A DNA stretch of 49,278 bases, filler included, from Jimgerdemannia flammicorona (taxonomy: Eukaryota): assembly GCA_003990765.1 (NCBI GenBank). It is 2 parts of 2 records of this genome, joined end to end, with 100 filler letters (N's around TTAATTAATTAA, not from the genome) between each part and the next. Parts side by side here need not be neighbours in the genome. Positions count along the whole stretch, not along the records: positions 24,690 to 49,278 come from RBNJ01000955.1; 1 more part is not named here. One strand, written 5' to 3'. Within the stretch, counting starts at the first letter, position 1. Each line of letters begins with the position of its first letter. A program made the position numbers and the translations under genes. The notes beneath the pieces were generated by a model, which worked only from the letters and a program-made list of their open reading frames with translations, was not told the DNA's origin and did no database searches. Of this stretch, positions 24,872-37,414 are shown one piece after another.

Positions 24872-25295
24872 TAGTGCTCCCAAACAAGTCAAATCAATTC
24901 AAATTGAATCAAATTGAGGGTTAAATGAGTTGAATCGAATTGGGGATTTTTCAATTTGAATCAATTTGAATCAAATCAAAAGTCGAATCAAATTAAGGGT
25001 CTGATTTAAACCCTAATTTTCAAAATGCAATAACTCAGTGTAAACTCATCCAAATCTAACATACCTTAGCTTGTTAGAATCACATTAATATGGTGAATCT
25101 AACAAGCTAAAATACATTAAATTTAGATAAGTTTTCATCGAGTTATTACATTTTGAAAATTAAGGTTCAAATCAAACTTCAAATCAAATTAGACCTTTGA
25201 TTTGATTCAAATCGAATCGAATTGGACCCTTGATTCGATCAAATCAAATTGAGTTTGGGCCAAATTCGATTCAATTTGATTCATCGGGAGCACTA
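24872..25295. mobile_element. hAT-type MITE inserted in the 5' LTR of element 2
   Basis: Perfect TIR TAGTGCTCCC / GGGAGCACTA and 8-bp TSD GTCAGAAC. The 3' LTR shows the empty site (GCCAGAACTGAGACT). Confidence 0.92.
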
Positions 25296-25318
25296 GTCAG
25301 AACTGAGACTAGTATATA

Positions 25319-26509
25319 TTGGCTCCTTTCTCTGCTATCTTACTGGTCACAAGGTTTGGTAGGTAATCTTCCGAGTCCCCTTTCCTCTATTATTACCCCC
25401 TCTACCTTGGGTTGGTTTGCTGTGCTTGCATGAGCATGGTGAGAGGAGGGCAATGATGATGAGTTGCCCCTTTATCGATGTCGGATTGGTGTCTTCTCTA
25501 CTTTTTCGTGGTTTCTAGTGCCTTCGGCTGTGTCTGGAGTACATCCATTTTGGTGCAGCACCTTCTTCCTTTTGCCATCACCAACAAGGTGCTGTCTCAG
25601 TGTGTCTTGGGCTACATAGGGAGTTGGCTGACCTTGGGTGTCAAGTACTCAGTATAGATTACCTGCAGGTCTTCGGTGCTTGTGGTGGGGCCCTCTGGCT
25701 TTGGCAAGCTTCCTGGTGAGCATGGTTCTGGCATAGGTGACTGCTTTTTGGGTGTTGTCAGGATGGGAGGAGAGATGGCCATCACAGATAAGAGGAAGGG
25801 CAATAATGGTGAACCAGTAGAGTGCTAGACTGGGGGCAGTTATTGGGGCTGGGGCAGGTGCTGTTTCAGTGGGGCCCTTTGATTGGTGTGGCACAGTTAG
25901 GTGGTAGGTGTCACTTTTGGCTTCTTTTGGCAATCAGCAGGGTTGGGCCCCAGTTGTCAGGGGGGGTCAGGAGGCCCAAGGCTACTCATTTCAGGCATCT
26001 TGGCTACACTCAACTGGAACTGAGAGCTGATACAGCAATATGATCAAGGCCTGCAGACTTGAGTAGTGGGGTATTGGGGGTTTTCTCCTGCCTCACATAT
26101 AAGTTCTTTACTTACCTTGACTGAGAGAACCAGGCCCTACCCACTGTGTTGTACTTTGATGAGAGTTTTTCTTTGCCTGTCATTCTCTTTGGAGTGACGG
26201 GGGCTATTCTATTCAGCTTGGGCATAGCCTTGTACATATGTTGGGTTCTCAGGTATGCGCTTTCAGTCATTAGTATATGGTTGGGTTTCCCCTGATAGTA
26301 GGGAGAGTATGGTATGCAGAATGAGGTGTGGGCCAACTAGGTTTTGCTATGCCTAGCATGGTTGAGCTGCTGGACAATAGCTAGTCTAGATTAATGGGGG
26401 GACAGTGCTTGGTGGGTAGTGGGGGAGGGTTTTGGCCTATATAGTCTAGGTTCTCTTCTAATAAAATTCTGCGGAATATGAGTCCATTAAAAAAAAAAAA
26501 AAAAAAAAA
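25319..26509 (+). mobile_element. 1.19-kb non-coding poly(A) retroposon (SINE-like), copy 1
   Basis: AATAAA at 26460, A21 tail and a TSD of about 14 bp (GAGACTAGTATATA / GAGACTGATATATA). Absent from the sister LTR. Confidence 0.88.
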
Positions 26510-26959
26510 GAGACTGATATATAAATTCCCAAAGACTTAAGTAAACCCATTGAACCTGAATTCCAAAGCAAATTCAGTCTGTACATAGCAAAGAACAAGA
26601 CTCTTGAAAGATAGGGTAAATCAGAAAGACTTTTGAAAGATAAGACACTACCACTACAATCATTTTTAAGTAAGTATTTCCTCAAACTGAAGGCTTCTTG
26701 ATATACATTGTGTACTAAGTCTCTAAGTAATATCTTATTTTCCTAAGTATCCAAAGGATCAGAGAGGGGTAGAAGTAAGAGTTATTATAACTTAGTAGTA
26801 GTGAATTACTAAGCTAAGAAGATATCAAGAACATACTGCTGAAGTTGGAACAAGATCAACCTTAGACAGAAGTAACCCCCAGAACCAACTGTGGATTCTC
26901 TAGGATCAAACCCCCAAACCAGAGCCAGAGAAGCCCTTGCCATTAGAACCAAGTGATAC

Positions 26960-29900
26960 TAGGAAACCACAGACTCAAGGACCCACCAGCTTATTATTGA
27001 TCAGGCTTATAAGGATCTAAACTAGGTCTTTAGGACTTACCACCCAGGACTTAAGAATATAGTCAGCTACTATAGATTCTACAAACTTCTCTGTGGACAT
27101 ATTGGAACCACCAGGACTCCAGAATCTACTGCTGTAGCCACTCAGGATTTTCTAGATTATATCTCACCCTCTGCTGCAAAAAAAACAGCTGCTGAGTAGA
27201 TTATCTCTGACAGATATCATCATACTCCCATTAAGATCTCACTCTAATATAGGCTAGTTGTATACTACACCTCTACTATAACTAGGTATGAGAACAAGCA
27301 AGCAGGTCACCCATCTCCTACTGCTGAATAAGAAGTAGGTTCATCTATCTAGCCAGAACCTAATATCTTCTTTGAAGGACCTAGTCAGTATGAGGATGCA
27401 CTATCTCATCAGAGAAGAGAGTCAGACCAAGACTCTATAGGATACCAGTCTGATAATAGCCAACAAGAAATAGCAGGCCTAGGAATTTACCAATTATAGG
27501 TCAAGAAGATAGAACCCCAGAACTAATCCAGCCACCTATATAGAGGTTTGGTTTACCCTCTCTCACAGGACTCTTTGATCTGATATCTAGAAATCAAGTA
27601 ACCCCAAGTTATACAGCACTATAACCTCATTAGGCAGAACAATCCTCAGAAGAATCTACCTTCTTAGGACCACTACCAATAGTCAATACAATGGTAGATA
27701 TTAATATTGCAATACTGACTACCCAGCTAGCTATACTAGCAGAGATAGTAGGACAAATTTCTGAATAGAACAAGTCAATCAAGACCTTGCGAATCTCTAT
27801 ATTCAGTGGAAAAAACAGTAACATTGAAAACTTCATCATTATAGTTGATACAAGTTATCAAGCAAACTAATGAAATGACAACTAAGTGCCTACAGGAATG
27901 CTCACCAATAACCAGAACAATACTCTTTAATAATTGTTTGCCACATCAGCAGCACAAGTAGAAACAGTAGCCATATTCTTTACTAGAACAACAGTCAAAT
28001 TTTGGTATATCTTAGAACAGCACTCAGTAACTTGGAAGAACTGCCCTCAAGTTGCAGGCCAAGCACAAACCCATAACAGACCAGGTTAGGATGACTATGA
28101 AGCAAGCCCAGGACTCAAGGCTCTACTACTGACTAAATTTCGAAATACAGTATATATATAAGAAACTTAGAACAAACTGACCCAGATGAAGTTCCACAAA
28201 AATAGCAAGGAGGATCTAGAGACCTTTACTACCAGGATGGATGCCTATCTCAAAACTGTAGGACTTACCTACTAGGAAAGCAATTTGGCCATCAATAGTA
28301 CCAGAGCCAACCATCTCTTTGCAGTTCTATCAGACTAGCTCACTCAGAAGATTAAGAAATAAGGCCTTCCTCAAGGATGTCTCCACTACTCATAGTACTT
28401 TGCCTAAGTACAAAGAAGAGCCTGTAAAATCCTTACTATACAGGTCCTATGAAATCCAGAACATAAGAAGAATAACCAAGATAGGAGGAATCCTACCAGG
28501 AGAAATGACCAAAGATATAATCAAAGGAATGATCAAAGGAACCAGCAAAACCCCAGAGGACCCAGACCTCCCACCAAGGATAAAAAAAAGCAGCTCTGCA
28601 AAAAGGAATTGTGCTTCATCTATAAGAAGGCAAGACATATCTCATTCAAATATCCTGAGAAAAGAAACAGATTAGGTAAACCCAGTAATCAAAACATTAC
28701 TGTTATTGAAGAAGATCTAGAAAAGAAGAACTCTGAGAATGTTTTCAAAGTGCAGAAGATATGGTATAAGGCTATCATCCCCACTAAGGCCTACCCTACT
28801 GATGCTGGATATGATCTCTATAGTAGCTAAGACCTCACTATTTCACCAAGTACCAATGCTATAGTATAAATAGAGATTATAATGCAAGCTCTCAAAGGTA
28901 TATACATCTGTCTTACTAAGCAAAGTAGCCTAGCCAAAGAATTCAATATTGGTCTAGAAGGAGGAGTAGTTGACCAAGGATTTACTGGTAAAATTCATAT
29001 TATCTTGCAAAATTTTGGAGATACATCATTTGAAGTCAAAGTAGGCCAAAGAATTGCTCAAGTAAATATTGAAGAAATCCATTAAGATCTTACTATTGAA
29101 GAAGTTCCTGAGCTCTCCCAGACAGACTGTAACAAGAAAGAGTTTGGATCAACCAATAAATCTCTTAGTTAAAAGGTCACCACTATGAAGGAAGATGATG
29201 AAAACTAATACAAGAGAATTGAGATAGTTATGCACCATATAGATGATGCCCTCATTCTATTCAAATGTACTATATAGAACATATTAGTGAATGCCATGTA
29301 TGCCTCTTCAAGGTTTTCAAAATCAATTCTGAAAGAAACTAAGCCCAGCAGGCTGAGGAGTCCAAACAAGACAACCCTCCTTGTGAAGGATGGAGAGAAA
29401 CTGACTTCAAGGAGACTGATAGCAATTGAGACAATAATGAAGATAAAGAGCTCAATATAATCAAGAAGGAGGATAGTTACATCAAGTTTACAGACCAAGT
29501 TCACAGATAAAAGATCAATATCTTGCTTGATAGTAGTGCTACTGAAAACTATATTAGCATCAAAACTGCCAAGAGGGTTGGAGCCTGAAGCAGACCAGCT
29601 ACCAAGAAAAGGAGTGTTATCTTTAGTGATAGTAAGACTACACCACTGACCAAGATCTGTAAAGATCTCTTGCTCATGATTGGTAAATATTAAGAGAAGT
29701 TGGACTTCAGTATTATAGACCTCTCAAGATAAGATATTATCCTAGGAAAAGTCTGATTGACTCAACTCAACCCAGACATCAACTGGAGGACCAATAAGAT
29801 TAATCTGACTTATGAAGGCAGAAAGATCACCCTGATACCCCAGGAAGATACCAATCATCAAGGAATCGAAATCATCTCTGCCATCTAAATGAAGAGACTC

Positions 29901-32693
29901 TTTTGAAAGAAAGGAAACACCTACTTCATCTGTACTATATAAGAAGTCACTGAAGTTCCAAATAGCCCAATCTCATCAGAAGCTCAAGAACTATTTGAGG
30001 AATTCCAAGATATATTCTAGGACCCTCAAGAACTTCCACCTAAGTGCCAAATTCAATATGGAATTGACCTCATTCCAGGATCTGAACCTCTATATAAGAG
30101 TATTTATCAATTGACCCAATTCGAACTCAAGATCCTTAAGGATGAGTTGACCAAACTATTGGTCCAGAGATATATTGAACCTAGCCACTCTCTATTTGGA
30201 GCCCCCATTCTATTTGTCAAGAAGAAGAATGGCTCTCTGTAAATGTGTATTGACTACAGAGCTCTCAACAAGATCACTATCAAGAACTGGTATATCTTGT
30301 CTAGGATTGATGAATTGTTGTACCAAATCTTCAAGGCCAAGACCTTTTCCCTACTGGACTTATAAAATGGCTACCATTAGATTCTCATTAATGAGAAGAA
30401 CATTGAAAAGACAGCTTTTCAAACACAGTTTAGATACTACCAGTTCTAAGTTATATCTTTCAGTTTAACCAATACATCAGCAACATTCCAGTATCTGATG
30501 AATGACATCTTTGGACCACTCCTCAACATCTGTATTCTTGTATATATTGACAATATACTAATTTACAGCAAAACAGTAGTTACACTACATCTACCTCAGA
30601 CAGGTACTGACTCTTCTACAAGAATACCAGCTCTATGCCAAGATGAGCAAGTGCAAGTTCTACTAAGACCAGATTGAGTACCTAGGATATAACATCTCTG
30701 CTGAAAGTATCAATATGGACTCTCAAAAAGTATCAGCTCTTAAGGATATTCCTATCCCTACTACCCTCAAGCTACTCCAGTGCTTTCTGAGTATTACTAG
30801 TTACTACTGAAGGTTTATTCAAGGATACTCTACTATTATAGCCCCACTGACCAATCTAGCTTGCAAAGGAGTAAACATCAAAACTAAATATATCCCCAAA
30901 TATACTCAGACTATGGACCATCTCAAGAGACTTCTTACTAAGGCTCCAGTGCTAATTATATCTAACTCTACTAGACCATTCACTCTGACTACAGATGCCT
31001 CTGACATTGCTATTAGAGCAGTACTCAGCCAAGAAGATCACCCAGTGGCCTACCTTTCCCAAAAGCTCAAGCCAGCTGAGATCTGGTATACTATCCATGA
31101 GAAGGAACTCCTGGCCATTGTCACTGCACTCTAGGAATGGTGTTATTTCCTCCTAGGACAACTATTTGTAGCCTACACTAATTACTATGCTCTACAATAC
31201 ATTCACACACAGCCTATACTGACTTACAGACAAGCCTGCTGGATGGAAATCATTGCTAAATTTGATATGGAAATCAAGTATATCTCAGGCAAAACCAACT
31301 GTGTGGCTGATGGTTTCTCTAGATATATGGAAGATGAACTTGTTTTTATAATTGAGATAATTGGAGACCTCTCTCAAATGATCAAGGATGGCTACTAGTA
31401 AGATAGCTCTCTGGTGAATTTCCTTCAATTCTGCCAAGACCTAGAGGCTGAACTCCCAGAACCCATGAGACAAATGTCCAAGAGATTCACTTACTATGAT
31501 GGACTAATCTATAGAGACCATTATAGAGTAGTTATACCCAACAATGATACTCTGTGACTCAAGATCATACAATCTCTGCCTATTCTGAGTCACAACTAGG
31601 ATCAGATTACAATAGACTTTATTGTTCAGCTCCCTAAGACCAAGGCAGGATGAGATGTCATTGTGGTATTCATGGACTGCCTAAGTAAACAAGCCCATTT
31701 TGCACCCATCAAGACCACCACTATAGTATCAGAGATTGCTAAGATTTTCCTCAACTAAGTATTTAGACTATATGACATGCTTAGCACTATTATATCTGAC
31801 CAAGATGCTAAGTTTACAAGCAACTTCTAGAAGGCATTCTTCTCTCTCTATAGAACCAAGCTGAAGTTCTCTACTATCTACTACTCCCAGACTAACAGTT
31901 AAACTGAGTGAACCAATAGGACCCTCAAATAAATGCTTAGCATTTTCTGCTATTACAAGCAGAATGATTGGGACAAGTATCTTGCCCATACTGAGTTTGC
32001 CTACAATAATAGCTAGTAAACCTCTACAAAGAAGACTCCATTCTTCTTGAACTATGGTCAACACCCAAGGACCCCAAGCACTATTGTGAAATCAGTAGTC
32101 CCACTGGCCCAAGATCTGGTTGAGACTATTTCTGATCTTACCTGAATGACAAGAGATGCTCTCATAGAAGCATAGGACTACTAGACCAAGTATGCAAACT
32201 TGAAGTAAAGAGAAGTCTCCTACAATATTGGTGACATGGTCATGCTTAGAACAGACTACCTCCACCCAGACATCCTGATATAACAACCAGCCAAGAAACT
32301 CTGTGCCAGAAGAATTGGACTATATAAGATTGTGGAAAAAGTCAGCAAAGTTAACTACAAGTTATAACTTCTCCACAATATTCAAGTACACCCAGTATTC
32401 CATATCAGTCAATTGGTGGACTACCATGAGAACTCATTTTCTAAGCATATAGTTCCACCACCACTCCCAATTAGGATCAATAATTATGAAAAGTTCAAAA
32501 TTGAGAAAGTACTTGACCACAAGGTCTGCAAATATCCCAAAACAGTTAAGCTATTTTTTCTCATTAAGTGGAAGAGTTACCCCATCCATGATGCTATCTA
32601 GAAAAAGAAAAAAGCTCTGGAGAATACATATAAAGCCCTTCAGGACTATATGGAAACACTAACCCCCCAGCAGAGGAAGGAACTGCAGCTTTA
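26960..32693 (+). pseudogene. Gag-Pol of element 2, decayed
   Basis: Degenerate knuckle LCFIYKKARHISFKYP (about 28608), protease ILLDSSATENYI (about 29520), [11 protein letters not shown] and [19 protein letters not shown], integrase core and chromodomain FKIEKVLDHK...FLIKWKSYP (about 32490-32600). Start is approximate. Confidence 0.85.
28744..29160 (+). pseudogene. dUTPase domain between the Gag zinc knuckle and protease (element 2)
   Basis: DAGYDLYS, QSSLA, GGVVDQGFTGKIHIIL, GQRIAQV, KEFGST. Confidence 0.9.
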
Positions 32694-33335
32694 AAAATTA
32701 GAGCATATAGTAAATAAGGAGGATACTACATATTTTATCTGAAACATATAATATTGAATATTGCAGAAAAAGGAATACTATAATTAATTAATAAGAAGAT
32801 ATGTAGGTGAAGAATAATCTAGTATAGTGTAGCAAAATATATTTGAATAACTCCATTTCATGCTATCTATGTCATCTCTGCTAGATGATAACAGATGCTT
32901 CATATGGAACTTAAGAAAGTTATAATGTTGAAACTAATCTAAGTCCATCTGTATGACAGATATTATTACTAAAAATTGTCTCAGATTATAAGAAATACTA
33001 TTTCTGAGAAATTCGAACCCCCAGCCATAATAATAAGAGCCCTCACCCTAGACAAGAATGGCCAGTCCTTGCAAATGTACCAACTAGACAAAAAAAAAGA
33101 GGACCAAGATCTGTCAACTCTATGTAACCATCACTGCAAGTAGTAATATCTTTGAAATCTAGATTTTCTCATATGACCAGCACATGCTCCACTTATAGCA
33201 ACAGGTCATATATTCTGCTGGAAAGTATGACCAAAAGAAAGTCATACTAGATAGGTAAATAAATATAAATACCCAAGGCAAGAATATCCTGCAACTCTTA
33301 TCTCCCTCTCCTCACAAAGAAAAGACAAAACAAGA

Positions 33336-34167
33336 ATGCCTGCTACTCACCACCAAACTGCCTGCTGTAGCCAGGCCCCTCCCAAGCCAGGTTGACTGTC
33401 TCTTTGAACATATCTAGGTTGCTATCCAGGGAAGGAACCACTGCTCTGAGGCCCTTAACCTCTCTAGCCTGGACCTAGAACAGTATGTCCTTGACTACTA
33501 TGAACTCATCAAAAGGGTCTACCTTGCTGCCAGCTGCCTAGAGATCTGGCATGAATACAAAATTAGTTATCAACTCCTCCAACATACAAAGGACCTACTT
33601 ACTGATCAGATCTCAGACTGGACTTACCTAGATAGGCATGAGCAAAGACTTACTAAGAAGGTCTATCAAATTATATGCCATGCACTCTTTGCAATCTCAA
33701 CTTCAACTATGTCTAACTGAAGGATTTCCGTAATCTCTTCTTTCTTGAGATTGATAAGCTAGAGATCAAGGTAGCCCAAGAAGCCAATGTCTGGATTACT
33801 TTCAAGTCCACTGACTGTGAACCCTACTAGAGCTCTCTCCTGAATGACAACCTAGATCAATGGCTCCAAGGCCTCTCTGACCTCTTTAAAGGACCACTCA
33901 TTCGAATAGATATGTATTCTCAGACATGAGGATCAAGAACTCTACTTGGATAGTCTCAACTGCATCAGATGGAGAACTCCTACACCAATATCCATACTAA
34001 TATAAGAATCATTTGCAGACCTCATTGACTTCTCTATTCTAGATAGTGAGTTACCAGTAACTACCCCTCCTGCTACTGAAGAAGAGGGCAACAATACCAA
34101 GGAAGATTCTCCATCTTTCTCTCCCCTGGTTCTCAATTTTCAAATCAATAAGAACATTGATTTCTAA
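33336..34167 (+). pseudogene. Extra ORF upstream of the PPT in element 2, function unknown
   Basis: ATG at 33336; long frame SQVDCLFEHI...HEQRLTKKVYQI with frameshifts; final stop runs into the PPT. Confidence 0.6.
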
Positions 34168-34178
34168 GGGGGGAAAGA

Positions 34179-34941
34179 TGTAATAGAATGAGATGTGATG
34201 AGTGATCACATGACCCAGCAAGTGATGACATCATATGATCAAGTGTGATATATAAATGATAGATGAATAATATGAAAAACAAGGCAAAAAATAATATTCA
34301 ATTTATCTCTAACAATCAATACTACAGTAACTATTGCCACAGTAGCTGATTATTGTCTAGTAATTGAGGTCCTAATAATAAAGTTGTTTTTGCCACAAAC
34401 TACCTGACAAAGGTTGTGATTATAAACCTCATTATAGTTATCAAATTAGTCACTCATACTTAGTCAGAAATTGCAGACCAACTTATATAAATACCCCTCA
34501 GTTTCCATTCAAAATAAAGTAGTTTTAGTTTAGTTCTTGATACAAGAATCAAGTTCCCCTCCCCATATACACACACATTCTCCTGAGTCTTAGTAATGAT
34601 ATCTAAGTGACTTAGTATTTCTAACTAAACTCCAGAAGTCTAGCTAACTTCTGCCAGAACTGAGACTAGTATATAAATCTCCAAAGACTTAAGTAAATCC
34701 ATTGAACCTGAATTCCAAGGCAAATTCAGTCTGTGTACAGCAAAGAACAAGACCCTTAAAAGATAGAGCAAACCAGAAAAACCTTTGAAAGATAAGGTAC
34801 TGTCACTACAACTACTTTTAAGTGAGCACTTCCTCAAACTGAAGACTTTTTGATATATATTATATACTAAGTCTCTAAGTAATATCTTATTTACCTAAGT
34901 ATCCAAAGGATTAGAGAGGGGTAGAAGTAAGAGTTATTATA
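34179..34941 (+). repeat. 3' LTR of element 2 (about 763 bp)
   Basis: TGTAATAGAATG...GAGTTATTATA, matching the 5' LTR fragments. Confidence 0.9.
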
Positions 34942-37414
34942 ATCTATATCAATCAGTTCTTCTTCTTGATTGGAAATGAAATCATAAAGTTATAATTCCT
35001 TACAATGAGTAGTATTTCTCCAATATAGTCTGAATCAATGATTTCTCCTTTAATAGTAATCTCATTCTTGGCTAAGCTACTTCTTGCCTTGAGAATCCCA
35101 ATATGGTCTTTTGGAATTATCATTTCCAACTCAGTTATAAGCAGGGTAGTTGTCTGGGGCTCTAGTACAGTTTCCTCCATTGGGGTGATATCTATTCCAG
35201 CTATATTCTCTAACTTATATTCTGATAGAACTATATTAGAGTGGATTTTCTGAATCTTGACCTTGATTTCTTCTTCATTATCACTGTTCTCTAGAAGGAC
35301 TAGTGGTTTGTCATTCTTTTTCTTTTTCTTTTCTTATCTTACTTATTTCTTAAAGGCCTTCTGTCTTCTTTTATAGTAGATTTTCTTGATTCCACTAATG
35401 TACTGGTAGCAGTCATTAATATATTTCATATAGTATATCTTTATTCTATGAGGGCAGACTCTCTGTGATATATATTCTTCAATGATCTTTTTGTATCATT
35501 CTTCTTTACTGATCTATTTAACTTTCTTCTTCTTTTTCTGAGTAGTTATTATGTAGACTTCTTCTTGCTTACTTTTTTTTTCCTCTATCTCAGGTAGTAC
35601 TTCTTTGTTGATATTAATGAGAATTCACATCTTCTGGGCATTGAGGTCAATTATTGCTCTGACTTTATAAAGCTACTGGTTGCTAATAAGGAAGTTATAG
35701 TTGGTAGTATTAGTTATAATCATATTTACTAAAATAGTTACTCCTCCAAACTTGATGGAAATATCTCAGATTATTTTTAGAGATGTAGCTCTTATACTAT
35801 CTGCTATAACAAACACTAGTTTGGTTGCTTTTTCAACCTCCCAGCCTAGATGGTCTACTGCTTTCTTACTGAGGAGGCATCCTCTTACTCTAATGTCAAT
35901 GATGACCTCAAAGATTTTATCTTTGATTTGACAGACTACATAGGCAGAGGTTTTGTGATTGTCTTCACTCTCTTCTCCAGAGTCTTCTTGAACATTATTG
36001 GCCTCAGTTATCTTCCATTCTTGCTTCTTAGTTAACTTAGTAAGTCCATATCTCATTTGCTGTCTAAATATAGGTAATTCAGCCAGCTGGCCAAAGATTG
36101 TATTAACCTTTTGTTGACTGAGATCCTTGAAGATATCATATTTGAAAGTCTTGATCTTACAAAGCTTCTTCTTCTTTTCTCCTTTACTGGCTATGATAGT
36201 TCTTCAGATGATATCTTGGATAACCTATTTCAATTTCATATCTTGATCTATTTCTTTAGCTTGGCTTTCTATAGTACTTTCTATCTATTTCTCTACAGAG
36301 TTCTTCTTAGATCTCTCTGATAGTCTTTTGTAGAGATATTTGTAGACATTCTTCTTGATAGTCTCAGCAGAATAGATATTTCATTCTTCTTCATCTAATT
36401 CTCCAATCTCTTTGAAAATAATAGTATTGGCTTGCTTCTTGTTTCAAATAGCATTGCTTGGCTGGGCCTTATGCTTGGTTTCACTCATATATTTATATAA
36501 GTAGTGGCCTTCTTCTCTACAAGTATAGCAGATACCTCTCTTCTTGTCTGAGGTAGTAGCAAACTTCTGAACTGGGCAGTAGTCTCTTTCTCTAATTTTC
36601 TTTACTATATCTCTAAGATGGATAGTTATTTCAGTAAACTTAGCAAGTTTCTCTATTGAGTTATAGTTTCTCTACTGCTCAATAGCTCTTGGCTGAGGTG
36701 TGTTTTAATTAATTACTATGATAGAGATCACACTAGTTGTCTTAGGTACTTTGATTCTGACTCTAGTGACTTTTTTCATTATATAGTCTTATGGATGACT
36801 GGCTATCTAGTATCACTGAGCATAGGTAATCTTTTGTGATAAATCCAGGACTACTGGTGATGAGCAGATAGCTATAGCTATCTCTGAATAAACTCCTTTC
36901 ATAAAGGTTGCTTTGGCTACTTGGTCTTGGATAGTATCAGTATAATCTGCAAGAATTATTTGATATTGAATTCTGGTGTAGAATGTATTTGGATCCTCAC
37001 TCATTCCTTGACATATTATGTTGAGCTAATCCTTCAGAGCTTGCTTAATCTCATCTATATACATAGTAGATAGCTTGGAGCCAGACCTTCTGTACTATCA
37101 GTATAGCATTAGTATTATTTTCTGCATGGGTTGTAGCTGTGAATGCTACTCTTACAGGACCTTGTAGGCTAAAGAGCATGAGGGCTACTTGCTATACTAC
37201 TGTCAGAGTCCTTACAGGAACATACTACTTAAAATCATTAATAAAGATGATGATTGATTTATCTGAGGTATATCTGTAGAATACTGATGATCTTGTATCC
37301 ATCTTATCTTGATATTTTGATTCAATTTGTATAGTTGTTCAGATGATAGTAGTTGTTCATTGTTTAGCTTAAAAGTGAGGAATTTATCTTAAATTACTAG
37401 CTAATAGATACCAA
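34942..37414 (-). mobile_element. Ty3/Gypsy element 3, copy A (PBS, gag, PR, partial dUTPase), cut by element 2
   Basis: PBS-like TGGTATC (about 37407-37413), knuckle ICYTCREEGHYLYKY, protease VIIDIRVRGCLL (decayed DTGAGG), dUTPase AGIDIT/ARSSLA/IIDSDYIGEI ending at the LTR edge. Confidence 0.85.

Larger units (their letters stand above)
24690..34941 (+). mobile_element. Chromovirus-type Ty3/Gypsy element (element 2): gag-dUTPase-PR-RT-RH-IN-chromodomain plus extra 3' region
   Basis: 5' LTR pieces (24690-24871, 25296-25318, 26510-26789) match the 3' LTR at 34179-34941. PPT AAGGGGGGAAAGA; pol motifs present. Confidence 0.9.

Noticed and set aside
25319..26509. Hammerhead ribozyme, tRNA-derived SINE head or telomerase RNA retrocopy
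   Set aside because: No CTGATGA...GAAA core with stems, no A/B boxes and no CTAACCCTAA-type template seen by eye; decay could hide them.
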